Source: an uncultured Phycisphaerales bacterium (GTDB taxonomy: Bacteria > Planctomycetota > Phycisphaerae > Tepidisphaerales > Tepidisphaeraceae). Taken from it: DNA of 64,000 bases. Both the position numbers and the translations under genes were made by a program. Positions 63,741 to 64,000 of this stretch are shown piece by piece; the stretch's first letter is position 1, and each line of letters opens with the position of its first letter. The stretch is taken from assembly GCA_963844715.1 (NCBI GenBank), contig CAWJPJ010000004.1:128001-192000 (forward strand), written 5' to 3'. The notes beneath the pieces are model-generated. The model worked only from the letters and a program-made list of their open reading frames with translations, made no database searches and had not been told where the DNA came from.

Positions 63741-64000
63741 CTTCTTCCCTCGCCCCGTGTACTTGCGGGGAGAGGGCCGGGGTGAGGGGCCGAAGGTCGT
63801 AATGCGCTATTCTTCAGGCAACTCTGCAAAATCGCGTCCAGGACCGAGTCCAAATGATCGAACACATCCGGGTTTTCGAATCCCAAAACTTCCAGGCCGG
63901 TCTTGCGCAAATCTTCTGTTCGCTTTAGATCATAGCCGATTCGCTGGGAATGCGAGTCTCCGTCCAATTCGACGGCGAGATTTGCTTCGGGACAATAAAA
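63737..64000 (-). CDS. DUF559 endonuclease-domain protein (5' end outside window)
   Basis: FYCPEANLAVELDGDSH...D..R...L...G..VL.F.N. Confidence 0.85.
   Translation of the reverse strand, partial: FYCPEANLAVELDGDSHSQRIGYDLKRTEDLRKTGLEVLGFENPDVFDHLDSVLDAILQSCLKNSALRPSAPHPGPLPASTRGEGRR
63747..63789. repeat. REP-like repeat at the 3' end of the DUF559 gene
   Basis: CCCTCGCCCCGTGTACTTGCGGGGAGAGGGCCGGGGTGAGGGG hairpin. Confidence 0.8.

Overview
GC-rich bacterial chromosome segment, most likely Planctomycetota class Phycisphaerae (Tepidisphaerales-like). This is inferred from a 23S-5S operon with no linked 16S, an 'LExRxLL' planctomycete secretion motif, a PEP-CTERM protein, a very long FliD and a reduced dcw cluster. 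Housekeeping content: an ABC-2 exporter, 23S and 5S rRNA, purE, rfbC, xerD, queA, mraZ-rsmH-LysM-ftsL-ftsI, gltX, smpB, tRNA-Leu(CAG), rpsP-trmD-rplS, fliD/fliS, rph/rdgB and an arginine-to-putrescine pathway. Many genes, including essential ones, carry single-base frameshifts that look like sequencing or assembly errors. Highlights: (1) a ~370-nt structured RNA between mraZ and rsmH (minus strand) with five perfect CANGGAYG CsrA-binding motifs, mostly in hairpin loops, ending in a U-tract. It is a candidate CsrB/RsmZ-type sponge RNA, and I know of none described in this phylum. (2) Two integrase-free toxin-antitoxin cassettes, each bracketed by a diverged duplicate of the 3' end of the upstream host gene (5S rRNA; a UvrC-like gene). 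(3) A 23S helix-45 intervening sequence encoding a four-helix-bundle protein inside CTAG heptad-repeat arms, with 'solo' heptad tracts at two other loci. (4) Further repeat-flanked cassettes (GxxExxY, DUF559), a MITE, REP-like repeats (one in-frame inside queA), repeated toxin loss from TA pairs and many apparently leaderless genes.
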